NCBI GenBank assembly: GCA_951406725.2
Contig: OX597824.1
Coordinates: 72,788,001-72,852,000 of the forward strand
Reading direction: 5' to 3'
Length of the DNA: 64,000 nucleotides
From: Octopus vulgaris
Taxonomy: Eukaryota
A program made the position numbers and the translations under genes. The notes beneath the pieces were generated by a model, which saw only the letters and a list, made by a program, of their open reading frames with translations, had not been told where the DNA came from and did no database searches. Positions 63,871 through 64,000 of this stretch are shown here, one piece after another. Within the stretch, counting starts at the first letter, position 1. Each line of letters opens with the position of its first letter.

Positions 63871-64000
63871 TGATACCTCTACTTCACCAACCTTTCTCCC
63901 TTTTCTGCTGGGGTAGCAGTGTAGTTTCTTTATTGCAAGACACCTGTCCCTATCTCCATTATCATGCTTTAGTCTTTCAACACCTGACACAAAGCCACCT

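Overview
AT-rich, repeat-dense eukaryotic DNA. The SINE families and (TA)n/(CA)n/(AAT)n load suggest an octopus or other coleoid cephalopod (inference). Three spliced genes were reconstructed by hand from GT-AG boundaries with matching phases. (1) A steroid 5-alpha-reductase (SRD5A1-like, +): four 3' exons at 3572-3738, 6777-6878, 9973-10123 and 22573-22639; the first exon was not found. (2) A complete FBXO28 (-): 50053-50166, 42489-42737, 38851-39058 and 34976-35625, 406 aa. (3) The 5' part of PSMC6/Rpt4 (+): six exons from 53931 to 63774, head-to-head with FBXO28. The rest is SINEs, CR1/RTE/R4-type LINE ends, Tc1/mariner, Chapaev, hAT and piggyBac-type MITEs, Helitrons and microsatellites; nearly all other ORFs in the track are artefacts of these. 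The most striking non-genic signal is a set of minimal hammerhead-ribozyme folds (CUGANGA...GAAA core, palindromic helix III) in Penelope-like inverted repeats. They include a divergent pair with a compensatory G3-C8 core, a U3 variant, and one unit downstream of a tRNA-like Pol III module. Repeat coordinates are approximate; exon coordinates were counted base by base.
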